DNA of 64,000 nt, from IMG/VR virus record IMGVR_UViG_3300035698_012959, positions 3,404-67,403 of that record; one strand, 5' to 3'. A program made the position numbers and the translations under genes. How positions within the stretch are numbered: position 1 is the first letter of the stretch; every line of letters starts with the position of its first letter. The notes under the pieces were generated by a model. It had not been told where the DNA came from. It ran no database searches and saw nothing but the letters and a program-made list of their open reading frames with translations. This document shows, one piece after another, positions 18,685-28,844 of the stretch. The DNA is from a virus.

Positions 18685-21600
18685 GTTTATATAGTAAAAT
18701 AATATACCCACTTATTAATGATTTACCTTCATTAAATGCATTAGACACAGGTTCAATTGTATTAGAAGGTAATGATTCAGATTTATTTACAATTAACGGT
18801 GATGGTTCACTAACATTTAATTCAGATTCGGTAGGTATATTTACTACATACTATACTGTAGATGGAGATAATGTTTACTTTGAAGGATCTGAGGTAATAA
18901 CAAGTAATAGTGGTAAAATAACTGTTGTTATAGATAATGTACCAACTCCAACCCCAACAAATACTCCTACAAATACAGGAACACCTACTAATACACCTAC
19001 AAATACAAATACACCTACTAATAGTTCAACTCCAAATATTACCCCTAGTAATACAGTTACTAAGACTACTACACCAACTCCAAGTAATAGACTAATAAAA
19101 TATACAGTACATAGCAAGTCATCTAATTGTGTTTTCCTATCAAGTTCCCCAACACCAACTCCTAGTAATACTCCCACATTATCAATAACTCCAAGTAATA
19201 CTTCAAGTGTAACTCCCACTACTACTCTAACAGTTACACCAACATCAACATCAGCTGTAACACCTACACCTACTCAAACACAAACAGGTACTCCTACAAA
19301 TACTCCAACAAATACGCCAACAAAAACACCAACAAATACACCAACATATTCTAGAACACCTAATGCAACAAATACTTCTACTCCATCTAACACTCCCACC
19401 AACACTTCAACTATTACTCCTACACAAACACCATCTACCACTCAAACCCCAACAAACACTCCAACTACTACTACTACATTAACATCCACACCTACTCAAA
19501 CACAAACAGGTACTCCTACAAATACCCCAACAAACACACCGACAACTACAGCTACTCTTTCTCCAACTCCATCCCAAACACCCCCACTCCCACGTGCTAA
19601 AAATAATACATTTGTTGTTTCACGAGGTGTTCCATTTTTCTTCACATTCCCTCCTCACGATACTGATGATAGTACTTGTACTCCAGATACTATATTAATA
19701 GATCAATTTAATAGTGAAGATTTTAGTGATGGTGATTTCTATTATGATCCCCCACTCCCCTATGACGGGAATGAATACTCACTATTGAGTACAGGAATGG
19801 AGTTTAATGAAGAAACGAATGGGGAAAATTTCCGAAATTATTTCAATTATCAGGTAGGTATAGATCACAGTACATCTACATTATCTTACTATTACAAAGG
19901 TGGCGATTGTAAAAACTATGTATCAAATTTGGGTACTATAACATTTGTATCACTAACCCCTACCCCTACACCTACAAATACTCCTACACCTACTAATACT
20001 CCTACACAAACACCTACTCAAACAGTAACTAATACACAAACACCTACTCAAACAGCAACTAACACTAAAACCCCTACCCAAACTTCTACCCCATCAAATA
20101 CTCCTTCAACAACTTTAACTCAAACACCATCTACCTCTCCTAGCAGAACACCTACTCAAACTAGAACACCATCTAACACTCCAACTCCTTCTGTTACATT
20201 AACTTTAACAGTATCTTCATCACCAACAGCTACTTTCACTCCATCTCCAACTCAAACACCAGACCCAACCCCTACTTCAGGTGATGTACCATCCCCTAGT
20301 ATTACTCCTACTCAAACTAAAACACCAACACCAACTCAAACAGGTACACCAGCTCAAACAAGTACACCAACTCAAACAGGTACACCAGCTCAAACAGAAA
20401 CACCTGTATCTACTCCTACTCAAACCCCCACTCAGACTTCGTCTCAAACAAAAACTCCAACCAAAACTCCTACTATAACTCCAACAAATACATCGACAAA
20501 TACAGGGACACCAACACAAACACCAACTAAAACTCCTCCAAATACTCCAACAAATACACCAACAAAAACCCAAACAGGTACCCCAACAAACACACCTACA
20601 GTTTCACCTACTAGAACAAATACACCTACACCATCATTAACACCACCAGTTCCGTATACCGAAGATAATACATTTACCGTTAAGCCAGGTTCTACATTTA
20701 ATTTTACATTTCCCACATATGATACTGATAATAGTACTTGTGCTCCAAATACTATATTAATAAATCAATTAAATGATGAAAATTTTGATACTGAAGAAGG
20801 ATTATATGTTATAATACCAGCCCCTCCTGGAGAAAATACTGTAGGGATGATTCAACCATTAAATACTGGATTAGAAATTAATGCTACTGTATATGGAGAG
20901 TATTTTACATATGATGTACCATTAAACCACATTACATCTACATTATCTTACTATTATAAAGGTGGTAATTGTAAAAACTATGTATCAAATTTGGGTACTA
21001 TAACATTTATATCCCCAACCCCAACACCTACGGTGACACCAACACCAACAATGACTCCATCATCAAGTCCACAAACATCATCATTTCAAATAATATCAAA
21101 TAACTCAGGAAGTTGTACTAGTGCAGCTGATTGGGGACCCGCAACATCATCATTTGATGGTAATTCATTAACTCATATTATTAAAACTATAAACATAGAA
21201 ACTGGTAAAACTATTGAATATACTAATGATAATATAAGTTGGTACACCGCAAGTATATCAAATAATGCTAGTGAATATATATACAATAATGTAAAATTAT
21301 TCGGTGTATCTAATAACCCATACAGTACATATAACTTCAGAATATTAGAAAATGATTCTGAGTGTTTAAATATAGAGGGAGTATTAGGTAATGTATATAC
21401 TAAAGCAAAATGGGGGAATAGTTCATTTTATTGTTTAGGAACTGAACCTAAGATAAATGTTCACATTAATAACATGACCTCATATGAATATGCATATGTG
21501 CGTTATAAAAAATCAACAGAACAAGTATATAGTGGGTGGATTGATACAGTAAAATTAAATAGTAATGAAGCGTCATTAGAGTTACCGGTAACGATTAATA

Positions 21601-22295
21601 CTACATATCATTTTGAGTTTACTATAGGAATAACATCTTCAGGAACACCAACAGAGAATATAAATCCAAATAAATTCACAACAACTAAATTTGGTATTTT
21701 ATCAGCAGGTGATTGTAGTAATTCAAATACAATTGTTAATATATCATTTAACCCTGATATTGGTGGTTATTTTAATGAAAATTCATTATCATCAATATCT
21801 AAAATCTATTCAGATAGTGGTGAAGAAGTTATTTCATTTACTTTATCATCCGGATATTCGATATCTAATGTATATGATTCTGAGGGGATAGTTAATGGGT
21901 TTAATAATAATAGCTTATCTATTAATAAAACCCCTTCAAGGAATATAGTTATTAATACAATACAAGAGGAAGATGATACATATTATAGTATCAATGTATT
22001 GCCAGTTGTTGGTAGTTCTAGTACAGTAGTAAATAACGATGCTGGTACTACAGAAGGGAGTTCAATTTATATTACAGGTTCAGATACAACAATATCAGCC
22101 ACCAATAAATTAGGGTATGAATTTGTTAGATTTAGAGGAGACCTCACATCAAATGATAATTCAGTAGATATAACAAACATAACATCCGATATGACTATAT
22201 ATGCTGAGTTTAGTATAGGTAGTTATTCACTTACATTGCAAGCTATAAAAAATAATATAGAGGGAGTATATAATGCAACAGTTAATATAACATAA
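18681..22295 (+). CDS. Thr/Pro-rich mucin-like fibre/adhesin with Ig-like domains
   Basis: 1204 aa; long TPT[NQS] tracts, two copies of a ~120 aa domain, C-terminal InlB-B-repeat-like units. Confidence 0.75.
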   Translation: MSLYSKIIYPLINDLPSLNALDTGSIVLEGNDSDLFTINGDGSLTFNSDSVGIFTTYYTVDGDNVYFEGSEVITSNSGKITVVIDNVPTPTPTNTPTNTGTPTNTPTNTNTPTNSSTPNITPSNTVTKTTTPTPSNRLIKYTVHSKSSNCVFLSSSPTPTPSNTPTLSITPSNTSSVTPTTTLTVTPTSTSAVTPTPTQTQTGTPTNTPTNTPTKTPTNTPTYSRTPNATNTSTPSNTPTNTSTITPTQTPSTTQTPTNTPTTTTTLTSTPTQTQTGTPTNTPTNTPTTTATLSPTPSQTPPLPRAKNNTFVVSRGVPFFFTFPPHDTDDSTCTPDTILIDQFNSEDFSDGDFYYDPPLPYDGNEYSLLSTGMEFNEETNGENFRNYFNYQVGIDHSTSTLSYYYKGGDCKNYVSNLGTITFVSLTPTPTPTNTPTPTNTPTQTPTQTVTNTQTPTQTATNTKTPTQTSTPSNTPSTTLTQTPSTSPSRTPTQTRTPSNTPTPSVTLTLTVSSSPTATFTPSPTQTPDPTPTSGDVPSPSITPTQTKTPTPTQTGTPAQTSTPTQTGTPAQTETPVSTPTQTPTQTSSQTKTPTKTPTITPTNTSTNTGTPTQTPTKTPPNTPTNTPTKTQTGTPTNTPTVSPTRTNTPTPSLTPPVPYTEDNTFTVKPGSTFNFTFPTYDTDNSTCAPNTILINQLNDENFDTEEGLYVIIPAPPGENTVGMIQPLNTGLEINATVYGEYFTYDVPLNHITSTLSYYYKGGNCKNYVSNLGTITFISPTPTPTVTPTPTMTPSSSPQTSSFQIISNNSGSCTSAADWGPATSSFDGNSLTHIIKTINIETGKTIEYTNDNISWYTASISNNASEYIYNNVKLFGVSNNPYSTYNFRILENDSECLNIEGVLGNVYTKAKWGNSSFYCLGTEPKINVHINNMTSYEYAYVRYKKSTEQVYSGWIDTVKLNSNEASLELPVTINTTYHFEFTIGITSSGTPTENINPNKFTTTKFGILSAGDCSNSNTIVNISFNPDIGGYFNENSLSSISKIYSDSGEEVISFTLSSGYSISNVYDSEGIVNGFNNNSLSINKTPSRNIVINTIQEEDDTYYSINVLPVVGSSSTVVNNDAGTTEGSSIYITGSDTTISATNKLGYEFVRFRGDLTSNDNSVDITNITSDMTIYAEFSIGSYSLTLQAIKNNIEGVYNATVNIT
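18940..20650 (+). repeat. Degenerate coding tandem repeats (TPTN/TPTQ, ~12-bp period)
   Basis: ACA/ACT-CCA/CCT-ACA-AAT arrays in several blocks. Confidence 0.9.
19871..21013 (+). repeat. Near-identical ~81-bp direct repeat pair (19871-19951 and 20933-21013)
   Basis: Both encode TSTLSYYYKGG[DN]CKNYVSNLGTITF with few nucleotide differences. Confidence 0.9.
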
Positions 22296-22297
22296 AA

Positions 22298-23413
22298 ATG
22301 GCAACAGGAATAATAACAGTAAATAATATAGTAAATAATACATCTAAATCACTTACTACATCCACATCAAATAATGATGATTATTTAGTTGGTTTTTTAG
22401 ATGAAGATAATGTTATAATAGATACAACATCCCCACTATCACTAGTAATAAATGATGATAGAAACATAACTGCATTTTATGATAAAAAATGTTTAGATTG
22501 TGAAGTTTACAATATAAATGGTGTTGATGATGGGTATGAAGCTGAATTTATAATATATGATGGGAATGGTTATAGTAATACAATAAATGTAAATCAAAAT
22601 TCTCTATTTCCTGTATATTTTACTAAATGTGACGACGAAAATATATCTTTAATAGTCACTACTGACCAAAATAGCACACCAGTCCCAAAATCATTTCTAT
22701 ATGTTGATTATAGTTTATCAAATTGTCTTACTTGTAGTGATGAAGATAGAGAGCCTGTGTTTGATTGTATTGATCAAGACCCAGTAGGTGAAGGAGAACA
22801 AGATAATGATTGTAGTTCAGGAATGGATTTATTGTTTATATTAGACAAGACAGGATCTATGGGGAATGCATTAAATGCTTTGAAAACTGGAATCACAGAA
22901 ATTGTGGGGGATATTACCAAAAAAACAAATAGTTATAGGTTAGGATTAACAACTGTGGGTGAAGGTATTTTTAATTTTGACTTTGTAAGGATCATAGTAG
23001 ATTTTGCTTCAAACAACTCTTCAGATTTTAATAAGAAGATTAAAGGAATTAAAGTTGGTGGGGGTGGGAATGATAATGCTGAACCAATGGGAAGAGGCTT
23101 AGAAAAAAGTATTAATGATAACGGTTTAGTATTTACAAATAGTAGTAAAATAATTATAATAATAACAGATAATAAAGTCAATGATAGTACTAAATTGATC
23201 CCTTCTTTAAGCTATTGTAATACAAATAATATATACCCTTACACTATGGTTTTGAGTTCTGCCGGTAATATAATAGATAGTTGGAAATCACATTATAATG
23301 ATTCATCATTTGGAGTAGCTGGTGGAGATAAATATGTATTAACATCACCTAATACTTCTGAAGGATTAAAAAATAAAATATCTGAATTATTATTAGGGAC
23401 TTTTTGTAAATGA
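22298..23413 (+). CDS. VWA-domain structural/adhesion protein
   Basis: DLLFILDKTGSM MIDAS motif, YRLGL, GGG.D.AE, IIIITD; Cys-rich linker. Confidence 0.85.
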   Translation: MATGIITVNNIVNNTSKSLTTSTSNNDDYLVGFLDEDNVIIDTTSPLSLVINDDRNITAFYDKKCLDCEVYNINGVDDGYEAEFIIYDGNGYSNTINVNQNSLFPVYFTKCDDENISLIVTTDQNSTPVPKSFLYVDYSLSNCLTCSDEDREPVFDCIDQDPVGEGEQDNDCSSGMDLLFILDKTGSMGNALNALKTGITEIVGDITKKTNSYRLGLTTVGEGIFNFDFVRIIVDFASNNSSDFNKKIKGIKVGGGGNDNAEPMGRGLEKSINDNGLVFTNSSKIIIIITDNKVNDSTKLIPSLSYCNTNNIYPYTMVLSSAGNIIDSWKSHYNDSSFGVAGGDKYVLTSPNTSEGLKNKISELLLGTFCK

Positions 23414-23421
23414 TATTTATA
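23413..23421 (+). promoter_or_regulatory. Putative late promoter ATATTTATA
   Basis: Intergenic, before ORF 23441. Confidence 0.5.
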
Positions 23422-23440
23422 ATTAAAGGTACATAAATAT

Positions 23441-25186
23441 ATGAATAATAGAATACAAGTTTCATTACAACAAGAAAACATTCAGTTGAATGGTGTTGAT
23501 GGTATTTTTATAGAATTAATCCCAATAACTCCAGATAGTGTTTTAAGTAATTATGATTTTAGTTACAAAGAAATAGGTTCATCAAATGGTACTATCCATT
23601 ATGAGGGTGATAGTACACACACATCTTTAGCAAAAAACGAAATATTTATAACAGGTTTAAGTTCCACAGACGCTGTTATTCAATTTATAATACAGAGGGG
23701 TAATTACCCTCCATTTAGATATACTACTAATTTTAGCCCTATCCCTGGAGATTATACTCCTTCTAATTGTTCTACTGGTTCTTTAACTGATAGAACTATT
23801 GTAGATAACTCAGACTCATATTATTATGATCGAAGTACCGATGAAGAAACTTTTTCATTTACTGGGAAATATGTTAATCCGTTAGGAACAACATCATTAG
23901 GAAATTGTAGTGGTAGTCCACAAAATATAGATATTACTGTTGTTGGTGGTACTTCTAATCTTAGTAATGTAGCTATAGGAGCCGATTTTATTATAACAAT
24001 TGATCAAGCTTACGGTGTAACAACATTTACCCAACCTAATGATAGTTTAATAGCAGCTATTATTACAGGTACACCTGATGGTGCTGATACGTGCTGTAAT
24101 GGAAGGAGTGAATTAATATTAGTATGTCCTGAAGAAAATATAGATGAGTATTCTAATATGATTACATCTACACCCACACAAACTTCAACACCAACTAATA
24201 CTCCTACACCAACACAAACACCAACTGTTACCCCAACTACCACACCTACTTTAACAGAAATAGAAGCAGATTGTATTGTTATTGAATATGAATCATTAGA
24301 GCATGCTTGTTCAATTTATAATAATTCAGACTTTGATTATGAGAATAATATAGATATATATGTTGATGGGTACATAAATGTAGGAGATAATGTTTATCTT
24401 GATTATAATAGGCAAAAAACCCTACCTGATGGATTCTATATAACAGGATGTTGTGGAACCGAAGTGTCTATAAGAGTGGTAGATGGAGTAATTATGGAAA
24501 GGAGATTATGTGCTGTGCCTTTATCCCCAACTCCAACATCAACCCAAACTTTAACTCCAACTTCTACACCTAACCACAGATCAAAAGAGATCATAATGCA
24601 TGAAAGTAATAAATTTGATTATAGTATATTGATATCAGATGGATCTTTTACCTCAACCCATACTGGTTTTGGAGGTAGTGGTACTAGTAATATATTTGCT
24701 AGAGTTGGAAGTTTAGTAACAGTTACTTTTAGTGAACCTACTTATGGATCATCTTTTGGATGGGAACCTTACATAATAACAGGTAATAACAGTGCAACAG
24801 TACCTTATACTTCAGAAACTTCTATTTTAGTAGGAGTTGATTTCGATTATATAATGTTTAAATCCTTCTTAGATAGTAGTGTTGTAGCTAATAATGATTT
24901 ATCTTATAAGAAACATTTACTAAGATATTATTATGATGGTAGTGATGCTGAACCTGAATCTAGAAGTGTTACTAATAGTTCAGTATTGTATACCGAAACT
25001 AATATTTATCCTAATTTAGTAAGTAATGCTAAAGTGTGGAAGTACAACGGTAGTACTTATGTTGATGCTATTACTGGGTATTATTATTTAGAATTATATG
25101 ATAACCAACACGCAAAAATATTTGTTTCTGGAGGTGTAATCCAGTCATTCCAAACATCACCCTTAGTTTATATTGAACCTAATTAA
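23441..25186 (+). CDS. Cys- and Thr/Pro-containing multidomain virion accessory protein
   Basis: 581 aa; TPT tracts, repeated LPDGFY/ITGYY...V.GGVI modules. Confidence 0.7.
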   Translation: MNNRIQVSLQQENIQLNGVDGIFIELIPITPDSVLSNYDFSYKEIGSSNGTIHYEGDSTHTSLAKNEIFITGLSSTDAVIQFIIQRGNYPPFRYTTNFSPIPGDYTPSNCSTGSLTDRTIVDNSDSYYYDRSTDEETFSFTGKYVNPLGTTSLGNCSGSPQNIDITVVGGTSNLSNVAIGADFIITIDQAYGVTTFTQPNDSLIAAIITGTPDGADTCCNGRSELILVCPEENIDEYSNMITSTPTQTSTPTNTPTPTQTPTVTPTTTPTLTEIEADCIVIEYESLEHACSIYNNSDFDYENNIDIYVDGYINVGDNVYLDYNRQKTLPDGFYITGCCGTEVSIRVVDGVIMERRLCAVPLSPTPTSTQTLTPTSTPNHRSKEIIMHESNKFDYSILISDGSFTSTHTGFGGSGTSNIFARVGSLVTVTFSEPTYGSSFGWEPYIITGNNSATVPYTSETSILVGVDFDYIMFKSFLDSSVVANNDLSYKKHLLRYYYDGSDAEPESRSVTNSSVLYTETNIYPNLVSNAKVWKYNGSTYVDAITGYYYLELYDNQHAKIFVSGGVIQSFQTSPLVYIEPN

Positions 25187-25194
25187 AAAAAGAA

Positions 25195-25485
25195 ATGGAT
25201 AATACAATGACTTTCAGTAATGAATATACAATACATGAGAAAAATATAATATGTACTATAGAAGAAAATGAATTTAATTTATCATACAACCCTACATTAA
25301 ATTATATTAATAGTGGGAGTGTTGAATTTAAAAATATTGTTGATTCTAAATATTTCCATTCGTATATTACCACTGTAGGATTATACGATGATGATGATGA
25401 ATTATTAATGGTAGCTAAATTAGCACAACCTATCCCTAATTCTAATTCTATGAATTTGAATTTTTTGATCAAGATAGATTTTTAA
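25195..25485 (+). CDS. Structural protein; apparent C-terminal half of a 17053 paralogue
   Basis: EFNLSYNP...YITTVGLYDDDDELLMVAKLAQP matches C-terminus of ORF 17053. Confidence 0.75.
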   Translation: MDNTMTFSNEYTIHEKNIICTIEENEFNLSYNPTLNYINSGSVEFKNIVDSKYFHSYITTVGLYDDDDELLMVAKLAQPIPNSNSMNLNFLIKIDF

Positions 25486-25499
25486 AAATAATTGATATT

Positions 25500-25970
25500 A
25501 TGCTAAACAATTGGACTTATAATGATGGTAATGGGAATACTAAAATAATAGAAAAACTCGATGATTTTCCATTAAATACGTTCGGATTTATATATAAGAT
25601 AGTAAATATAAATACAGGAAAGTATTATATTGGGAAAAAATCTCTCATCCATAATAAAAGACATAAATTAACAAAAAAACAATTATCTGAAATAACAGGA
25701 AAAGGGAGAAGACCAAAAACTGAAATTCTGAAAGTGGAAAATGATTGGTTATTATATAATGGCAGTTCAAAACCCCTACTTAAAGACATAAAAGAATTAG
25801 GAGGAGGGGTTTTCCAGAAGAAAATAATACAAATATGTTATAGTAAGAAACAACTTTCATATTATGAAATCTTTAATCAAATTATGAATGATGTTTTAAC
25901 CGATGATAATTCTTATAATGATAATATATCAGGTAAGTTTTTTAGGAAAGATTTGGTAGTGATTTTATGA
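25500..25970 (+). CDS. GIY-YIG family endonuclease
   Basis: FGFIYKIVNINTGKYYIGKK, Y.GSS, YYE, YNDNI. Confidence 0.88.
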   Translation: MLNNWTYNDGNGNTKIIEKLDDFPLNTFGFIYKIVNINTGKYYIGKKSLIHNKRHKLTKKQLSEITGKGRRPKTEILKVENDWLLYNGSSKPLLKDIKELGGGVFQKKIIQICYSKKQLSYYEIFNQIMNDVLTDDNSYNDNISGKFFRKDLVVIL

Positions 25971-25972
25971 AG

Positions 25973-25989
25973 TTTCTCACGTATATTTA
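25973..25989 (+). promoter_or_regulatory. Putative promoter motif TTTC-N5-TATATTTA
   Basis: TTTC TCACG TATATTTA upstream of primase. Confidence 0.5.
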
Positions 25990-26012
25990 GGTTAAGGAAA
26001 AAGAAAAGAATT

Positions 26013-26948
26013 TTGGATAAAGAAAAAGGAGTTATAAATATATTAGAATCAATATTGGGTAAGGGGAAAAAAAAGTCACAAGGTAATTGGGCTTTTAAAT
26101 GTCCTAACCCTAAATGTAACCATGTTAAAAATAAACTAGAAATAAACATTAATGAAGGGTATAAATACCACTGTTGGGTATGTAATTACAGAGGAAGTGG
26201 ACTAGTACCATTATTGAATGCTCTAAAATTAACTAAAAATAAAAAAGCCGAAATACTAGAACATTGTGGTATATTAGATGATATTAAATATAAACCATTT
26301 ATTCAGGATTTAAAACCTATCGGATTACCTGAGGAATTCATCCCATTTTATACTAAAACCGATAGTAGTTTAACAAATTTAAAACAATCTCAGTTTCTTA
26401 ACTACCTTAAGTATAGAGGTGTAACACAAGATGAGATACTTAAATATAATATAGGATTTTGTGTTAAAGGTAAATATGATAATTGTATTATCCTTCCCTC
26501 ATATGATGAGAACAATAACATAAATTTCTTTACAGGTAAAAACGTTGAATCAAATACATATAATAATCCGGTTTTTACTAAAGATATAATAGGTTTTGAT
26601 TATTTTATTAATTGGGATTTACCAATAACAATAGTAGAAGGACCATTTGATGCTATAACGGCTAAAAGAAATACTATCCCATTATTTGGTAAACAAATAC
26701 AGGATAACCTGATGAAGAAAATTATGGAATCTAAAGTAGATAAAATATACATATGCTTAGATCCAGATGCTATTAGAAATGCGATCGAATATTGTGAATT
26801 GTTAATGAATTATGGTAAAGAAATATATTTAATTGAATTATTTGAAGGTGATATAAATTCGATTGGTTTTGATTCATTTTTAGAAAATCTAGAAAAAGTA
26901 AAACCTATGACCTTCGAACATATGATAAAAATAAAACTAAATTTATGA
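26013..26948 (+). CDS. DNA primase (Zn finger + TOPRIM)
   Basis: CPNPKCNH...HCWVC, YLKYRG, IVEGPFDA, LDPDA; start uncertain (TTG). Confidence 0.9.
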   Translation: MDKEKGVINILESILGKGKKKSQGNWAFKCPNPKCNHVKNKLEININEGYKYHCWVCNYRGSGLVPLLNALKLTKNKKAEILEHCGILDDIKYKPFIQDLKPIGLPEEFIPFYTKTDSSLTNLKQSQFLNYLKYRGVTQDEILKYNIGFCVKGKYDNCIILPSYDENNNINFFTGKNVESNTYNNPVFTKDIIGFDYFINWDLPITIVEGPFDAITAKRNTIPLFGKQIQDNLMKKIMESKVDKIYICLDPDAIRNAIEYCELLMNYGKEIYLIELFEGDINSIGFDSFLENLEKVKPMTFEHMIKIKLNL

Positions 26949-27694
26949 GAGAAATAACATACAGTAATGATAATAAACAAATTAATTTCTTAGATCAGCG
27001 TTTCTATCCTTACAAGGATGAATACTTCCCATCAGTAACTACAGTACTAAATTACTTTCCTAAGAATCAATATTTTAATAATTGGTTAAAAGATGTAGGA
27101 CATAATTCAACATTTATTGCTCAAAAAGCCGCTGATGAAGGAACAGCAACACACCACGCTATAGAGCAATTACTATTAGGTAAAGAATTATTATGGATGG
27201 ATAAATATAAAAATGCCAATTATTCATTGAAGGTATGGAAGATGATATTAATATTTCAGGATTTCTGGAATACAATAAAACCAACACTAATATCAACAGA
27301 GCAAAAATTAATTCATATAAAATATAAATATGCTGGTACTATGGATATAGCATTAGAAATGCCTGATAAGAAAGTTTGGGAATTAGATATTAAAACATCA
27401 AATAATATTCATACTTCAATGCATCTCCAAACTGCCGCTTACGCAAAAGCATATAACGACAATCCATTAAATAAAAGACCTATTGAAAAAAGAGGGATAT
27501 TATGGTTAAAGAGTAAATCTAGAAAATTTCAAAACGATAGTAAAAGAATAAAAGGTAAAGGTTGGGAAATAATTACATCTCAACATTCCATGGAACAAGA
27601 TTTCCAAACATTCATGAATATATATGATATATATAAGATGGAAAACAAATCTAAACCATACTTCGAAATATACCCAACAAGAATAAAGTTATGA
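26945..27694 (+). CDS. PD-(D/E)XK exonuclease (Cas4/RecB-like)
   Basis: PSVTTVL, GTATH, E.KL, YAGTMD, DIKTS, QTAAY. Confidence 0.88.
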   Translation: MREITYSNDNKQINFLDQRFYPYKDEYFPSVTTVLNYFPKNQYFNNWLKDVGHNSTFIAQKAADEGTATHHAIEQLLLGKELLWMDKYKNANYSLKVWKMILIFQDFWNTIKPTLISTEQKLIHIKYKYAGTMDIALEMPDKKVWELDIKTSNNIHTSMHLQTAAYAKAYNDNPLNKRPIEKRGILWLKSKSRKFQNDSKRIKGKGWEIITSQHSMEQDFQTFMNIYDIYKMENKSKPYFEIYPTRIKL

Positions 27695-28371
27695 GAAAAA
27701 AACCAAAATGTATATTAATATTTGGATCACCAGCTTCTGGTAAAACATCATTCTATGATGAATTAAAAATAGATAAAAATAATTACAATTATTTAAATGT
27801 AGACAAATACGTAGAAGATGAGAATGGAGATTGTTATAATAATTTAGCTAAAGCTTCTTCTAAGATATTTAAAGATGATTTGCCTGATAATATATTAAGT
27901 GGTCAAGATATAATATTAGACACAACAGGTTCTAGTTTTAAAAGAATGCAAGGTATAAATTTTGATTTATTATATTATTCATATGATATATCATGTCATA
28001 TGATTTATGTGGATCCAGTAATTGCTCTCATAAGAAATAAAACTAGAAAACGTATATTACCAGCGTTTGTTATTCTCAACGAATGGTGTAAGGTATATTC
28101 AAATATTAATCATTACAAGTTACTATTCCATAATAAATTTTCACTCCATACACCATATACTACTCCACCAACACTCGATATTAATGAAAGAATGGTAAAG
28201 GAAAAATTAGATAATTATATCGAAGAAATTGGAGGATTACAAAATTACACTTCAACATTCAGGAAGACTCCATTAACAGCTGAAGAATTAGTCAATAGAT
28301 ACAAACAGTGGGATTCAGCGACACAATCGGTAAATCAATGTTATAATTCAATCATTAAAAATTTATATTAA
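27691..28371 (+). CDS. P-loop kinase (AAA_33/zeta-toxin-like)
   Basis: GSPASGKT Walker A, LNVD, ILDTTG, RN..R.R lid. Confidence 0.82.
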   Translation: MRKKPKCILIFGSPASGKTSFYDELKIDKNNYNYLNVDKYVEDENGDCYNNLAKASSKIFKDDLPDNILSGQDIILDTTGSSFKRMQGINFDLLYYSYDISCHMIYVDPVIALIRNKTRKRILPAFVILNEWCKVYSNINHYKLLFHNKFSLHTPYTTPPTLDINERMVKEKLDNYIEEIGGLQNYTSTFRKTPLTAEELVNRYKQWDSATQSVNQCYNSIIKNLY

Positions 28372-28844
28372 TGAATGTGTCTATATACCCGGGTTCATTT
28401 AAACCCCCACATAAAGCACATTTTAATATAGTTAAAAATATTTATGCGGAATCAGATAAAGTTATTATATTTATATCCGAAAAAGGAAGAGAAGGAATTG
28501 AAATAGAACAATCATTAAATGTATGGAATCATTTTAAAAAATATATTGGAGAAAATATTGACATTATAGTAAGTTGTAAATCTCCAGTATATGATACTTA
28601 CAAAGAAATCAAATCAAACCCTAATAATAATTATAAAGTATTATACGGTAAAAATGATAAAAGAAGATTTCAAGATATGAATGGATATAATAATGTTACT
28701 ATTATTGATACCGGAAATATAGAAAGTATAAATGCCACTGATTTAAGAAAATTATTACGTAATAATGAATCTATAAGAAAATATATACCTGAATCTATTC
28801 CTATACAAGAATATAAAAACATACTATATAGAAATGAAGATTAA
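28371..28844 (+). CDS. HIGH-motif nucleotidyltransferase (cytidylyltransferase-like)
   Basis: YPGSFKPPHKAH and INATDLR. Confidence 0.85.
   Translation: MNVSIYPGSFKPPHKAHFNIVKNIYAESDKVIIFISEKGREGIEIEQSLNVWNHFKKYIGENIDIIVSCKSPVYDTYKEIKSNPNNNYKVLYGKNDKRRFQDMNGYNNVTIIDTGNIESINATDLRKLLRNNESIRKYIPESIPIQEYKNILYRNED

Noticed and set aside
18940-20650. Possible CRISPR array or non-coding repeat
   Set aside because: Degenerate, codon-periodic, in-frame; no constant repeat with unique spacers
18875-20716. Minus-strand and alternate-frame ORFs (GVxV, WC, HQLKQ repeats)
   Set aside because: Shadows of the Thr/Pro repeat in ORF 18681
19871-21013. Possible DGR template/variable repeat pair
   Set aside because: Both copies are coding, differences are few and include C/T changes, and no reverse transcriptase is in the window
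26945-27694. Cas4 of a CRISPR system
   Set aside because: No Fe-S cysteines, cas genes or array; typical phage exonuclease next to primase
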